Assembly: GCA_947625225.1 (NCBI GenBank)
Contig: CANQNQ010000005.1
Coordinates: forward strand, 28,712-92,711
Direction of reading: 5' to 3'
Length of the DNA stretch: 64,000 nt
Source: an uncultured Clostridia bacterium
GTDB lineage: Bacteria > Bacillota > Clostridia > Christensenellales > CAG-917
The notes under the pieces were generated by a model. It made no database searches. It had not been told where the DNA came from and was given only the letters and a program-made list of their open reading frames with translations. Shown in pieces: positions 62,041-64,000 of this stretch. Position 1 is the stretch's first letter. Every line of letters starts with the position of its first letter. A program made the position numbers and the translations under genes.

Positions 62041-63996
62041 TCAGTCCTTCTTTTTGATTATCTTGATGGGCTTTATGCGCCCCAACAGCAGTATGGGGAT
62101 CGCCACCGAGATCAGCGTGATGAACACCACTGCCAACAGCGATATTGCTGTCAGCACCGGGTCGAATGTGAGCAGTTGCATGCGTCTGAACAGGCCGTTG
62201 TTCATAAAGCGGGCAAGTCCGCCCGTCAGCATAGAGTTGGCAAGCGCGATCATGCCAAACTGCGCCGCGACCTCAACCACGCATACGCACAAACCCACGA
62301 CAAGCATCTGCACAAAGAATATCATGCTTATGGACGTCTGTCCCGTGCCCAGCGCCTTCATGATACCTATCTCGTAAGTGCGGCTGCGCACGCTCTTGAT
62401 GCCGAACGCCAGCAACACCAGCATACCCACCGCCAACAGCACCACCGCCAGCGTAAGGAAGAGGTTGGAGTACACCTTCATGACGCGCGCCACTATAAGC
62501 AAGTCGGAGTACAGCGACGCATTGGGCGTATAACTCAGTTTGTCCGCCGCCGCCATGACCTCGTCAATGTGCTTGCCGGAATCGAACATCAGCGAATAGC
62601 AATACACGTCGTACCCTCGCATATCCGCAAAATCCTCGTCGTTTATATATAGATAGCCGTCTTTTAAGTTTTTTATTCCTCTTATCTCAAACGCCTTTTT
62701 ATACAGCATGTTCTCGTGCAGCAGGTCATAGCAATCGTAGTCGCATACGGTTACTTTCGGCTTGGCAGGCAGATTATTGAACGCATCGGTTGCCTCCGTA
62801 AAGTTGTAGTTGGTGCCCATAAGCGTGTTGAAATAGGACAGCGTGATGTATGCTTCCCCTTTTTTCAGCTGATTTGCCTGCGTCTTATCTATGGAACTGT
62901 ACAATATGGAATATCCCGAAAAGCTTTCGCTTTTGATGGCGTCGTTGAGGAACACTTCCGCGCTCAGAATGCGCGCGAAGTAGCGCGTCTCGTCGGGGTG
63001 CCGTTTTACTTCCTCGATGTAATTGGGCTCAAATGAATACGCTATATTCAGTTTTGTCTGCGCCTCTTCCAAAAAGTCCGCGTACAGATCGGTGCCCGTC
63101 ATCGCCTGCTTCTCCTGCGTGGTGATGACGCCGTCCCTTTGCGCCTCGACAGCCATCTCCATCAGCGTGGCGTACCTCTCCTTGTAGCCCGTGGATATGA
63201 CCGCGTTGACCTTGTAGCGATTGTGTATGCGTCTGCCGTAGTCCACAATGGCTTGATAGGGATTGGTGGGACCGCCATTGTATATATTATTCTTTGTGCC
63301 GATCAACAGACTGTCGGCAAAATAGTCGGTGATTATGACTCCGTACGGCGTTGCCATGGGGTCTCCCGCCAGCACTTCGTAATCAGGAAATACGGACCTG
63401 AGGTAGGATTCTTCGGTCACCAGCACGCCCAGCGTCTCGCGTGAATAGAACTTTTTATACAAATCAGACTGCTTCTGCAACGAACCTGTCTCCAGCTTGT
63501 AGGAATCAAGTCCCGACGGGATAGACATGTTGTACAGCTTGTAGATGTTGCCCGTGTATCCCGCGTCCTTAAACGCTTGTATATCGCTGTCCTCCACCCT
63601 GAACAATTTGTCCGCCGCCAACATGCCTATCGCGGAATCCTCTTCGGACTGCTTCTGCATGGTGAACACGCCGTTTTCGTCCGTCTGCGCGGACTTGAAC
63701 ACGTCCTTGCTGTCAAAATTGTATAACATGAGGCACACCACAAACAGCACCACAGTAAAGGACGTGATAAGCACGGTCACCAGCGTGTTGCCCTTGTTCA
63801 TAAACTTGAAGCTGAACTTGTTGATATCCTTCATGGGCAGCACAGAAGTGCGCTTTGGCTTTTTGGCTTTGATATACTTGAATTTGAGCGCCTTTTTGCG
63901 CTGTTTTGCCCTCTGCCGCCTCGCTCGCTTGTCGAGTTGCTCCTCCTCGGGCTCAAACGGAGGCGTAGGCACAAATATGTCCGATTGGCGATGCAA
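62041..63996 (-). CDS. FtsX/MacB-type ABC transporter permease (5' end uncertain; the frame stays open to the window edge)
   Basis: The C-terminal FtsX 4-helix module reads YEIGIMKALGTGQTSI... A large extracytoplasmic domain follows TM1. An internal ATG at 63834 (MKDINKFSFKF) is a plausible start. Upstream of it the frame encodes a K/R-rich segment. Confidence 0.75.
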   Translation of the reverse strand: MHRQSDIFVPTPPFEPEEEQLDKRARRQRAKQRKKALKFKYIKAKKPKRTSVLPMKDINKFSFKFMNKGNTLVTVLITSFTVVLFVVCLMLYNFDSKDVFKSAQTDENGVFTMQKQSEEDSAIGMLAADKLFRVEDSDIQAFKDAGYTGNIYKLYNMSIPSGLDSYKLETGSLQKQSDLYKKFYSRETLGVLVTEESYLRSVFPDYEVLAGDPMATPYGVIITDYFADSLLIGTKNNIYNGGPTNPYQAIVDYGRRIHNRYKVNAVISTGYKERYATLMEMAVEAQRDGVITTQEKQAMTGTDLYADFLEEAQTKLNIAYSFEPNYIEEVKRHPDETRYFARILSAEVFLNDAIKSESFSGYSILYSSIDKTQANQLKKGEAYITLSYFNTLMGTNYNFTEATDAFNNLPAKPKVTVCDYDCYDLLHENMLYKKAFEIRGIKNLKDGYLYINDEDFADMRGYDVYCYSLMFDSGKHIDEVMAAADKLSYTPNASLYSDLLIVARVMKVYSNLFLTLAVVLLAVGMLVLLAFGIKSVRSRTYEIGIMKALGTGQTSISMIFFVQMLVVGLCVCVVEVAAQFGMIALANSMLTGGLARFMNNGLFRRMQLLTFDPVLTAISLLAVVFITLISVAIPILLLGRIKPIKIIKKKD

Positions 63997-64000
63997 CCTC

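Overview
A 64-kb chromosomal segment that looks like a Bacillota (Clostridia-like) genome. The evidence is the conserved Firmicute gene orders: yqfC-yqfD-phoH-pgpH-ybeY-era-yqzL-recO, thrS / infC-rpmI-rplT-trmH, and dnaX-ybaB-recR. AGGAGG-type Shine-Dalgarno sites precede most genes, and sporulation genes yqfC and yqfD are present. The window is GC-rich and mostly housekeeping, with most genes on the minus strand. I support about 60 protein genes. They include smpB, secG, tsaC plus an LMW phosphatase, replicative helicase dnaB, pepF, a UPF0371 protein, parE-parC, murG, degV-family, an HtrA-like protease, nifS-nifU, yebC, pncB, lgt, galK/galT, groES-groEL behind a CIRCE operator, dCMP deaminase, and an XRE-cupin regulator followed by potABCD. 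There is one tRNA-Leu(CAA). Three small CDS are missing from the ORF track: a Dam-class methyltransferase running off the left edge, a YqzL-like 37-aa gene between era and recO, and a 44-aa membrane peptide. I also list many intrinsic terminators and several hand-identified promoters. I saw no rRNA, CRISPR array, transposase or integrase. I did not find a complete, clearly novel multi-gene system. The accessory-looking parts are three. (1) A very AT-rich island edge at 1-1130 carrying the methyltransferase directly beside the tRNA-Leu 3' end. (2) A lower-GC two-gene insert at 50.4-53.6 kb, made of a 918-aa internally duplicated surface lipoprotein and a divergent small XRE regulator with an 11-bp inverted repeat. 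(3) A small XRE gene wedged between thrS and infC. Other observations worth a second look:
- a 116-aa acidic C-terminal tail on DnaB containing an SSB-tip-like DDDVPF motif
- consensus -10 boxes 5-7 nt upstream of ATG with no SD, suggesting leaderless mRNAs for dnaX, a membrane protein, both small XRE genes and possibly smpB
- a 33-nt palindromic element present twice
- dense palindromes upstream of nifS and thrS, with no T-box at thrS
- a YugP-family protein whose HExxH motif appears lost
- a structured CTAAAC-repeat leader ahead of the pot regulator
- unusual PotA, PotD and Lgt extensions
All coordinates and starts were derived by eye from the sequence and the ORF track. No database search or folding computation was run.
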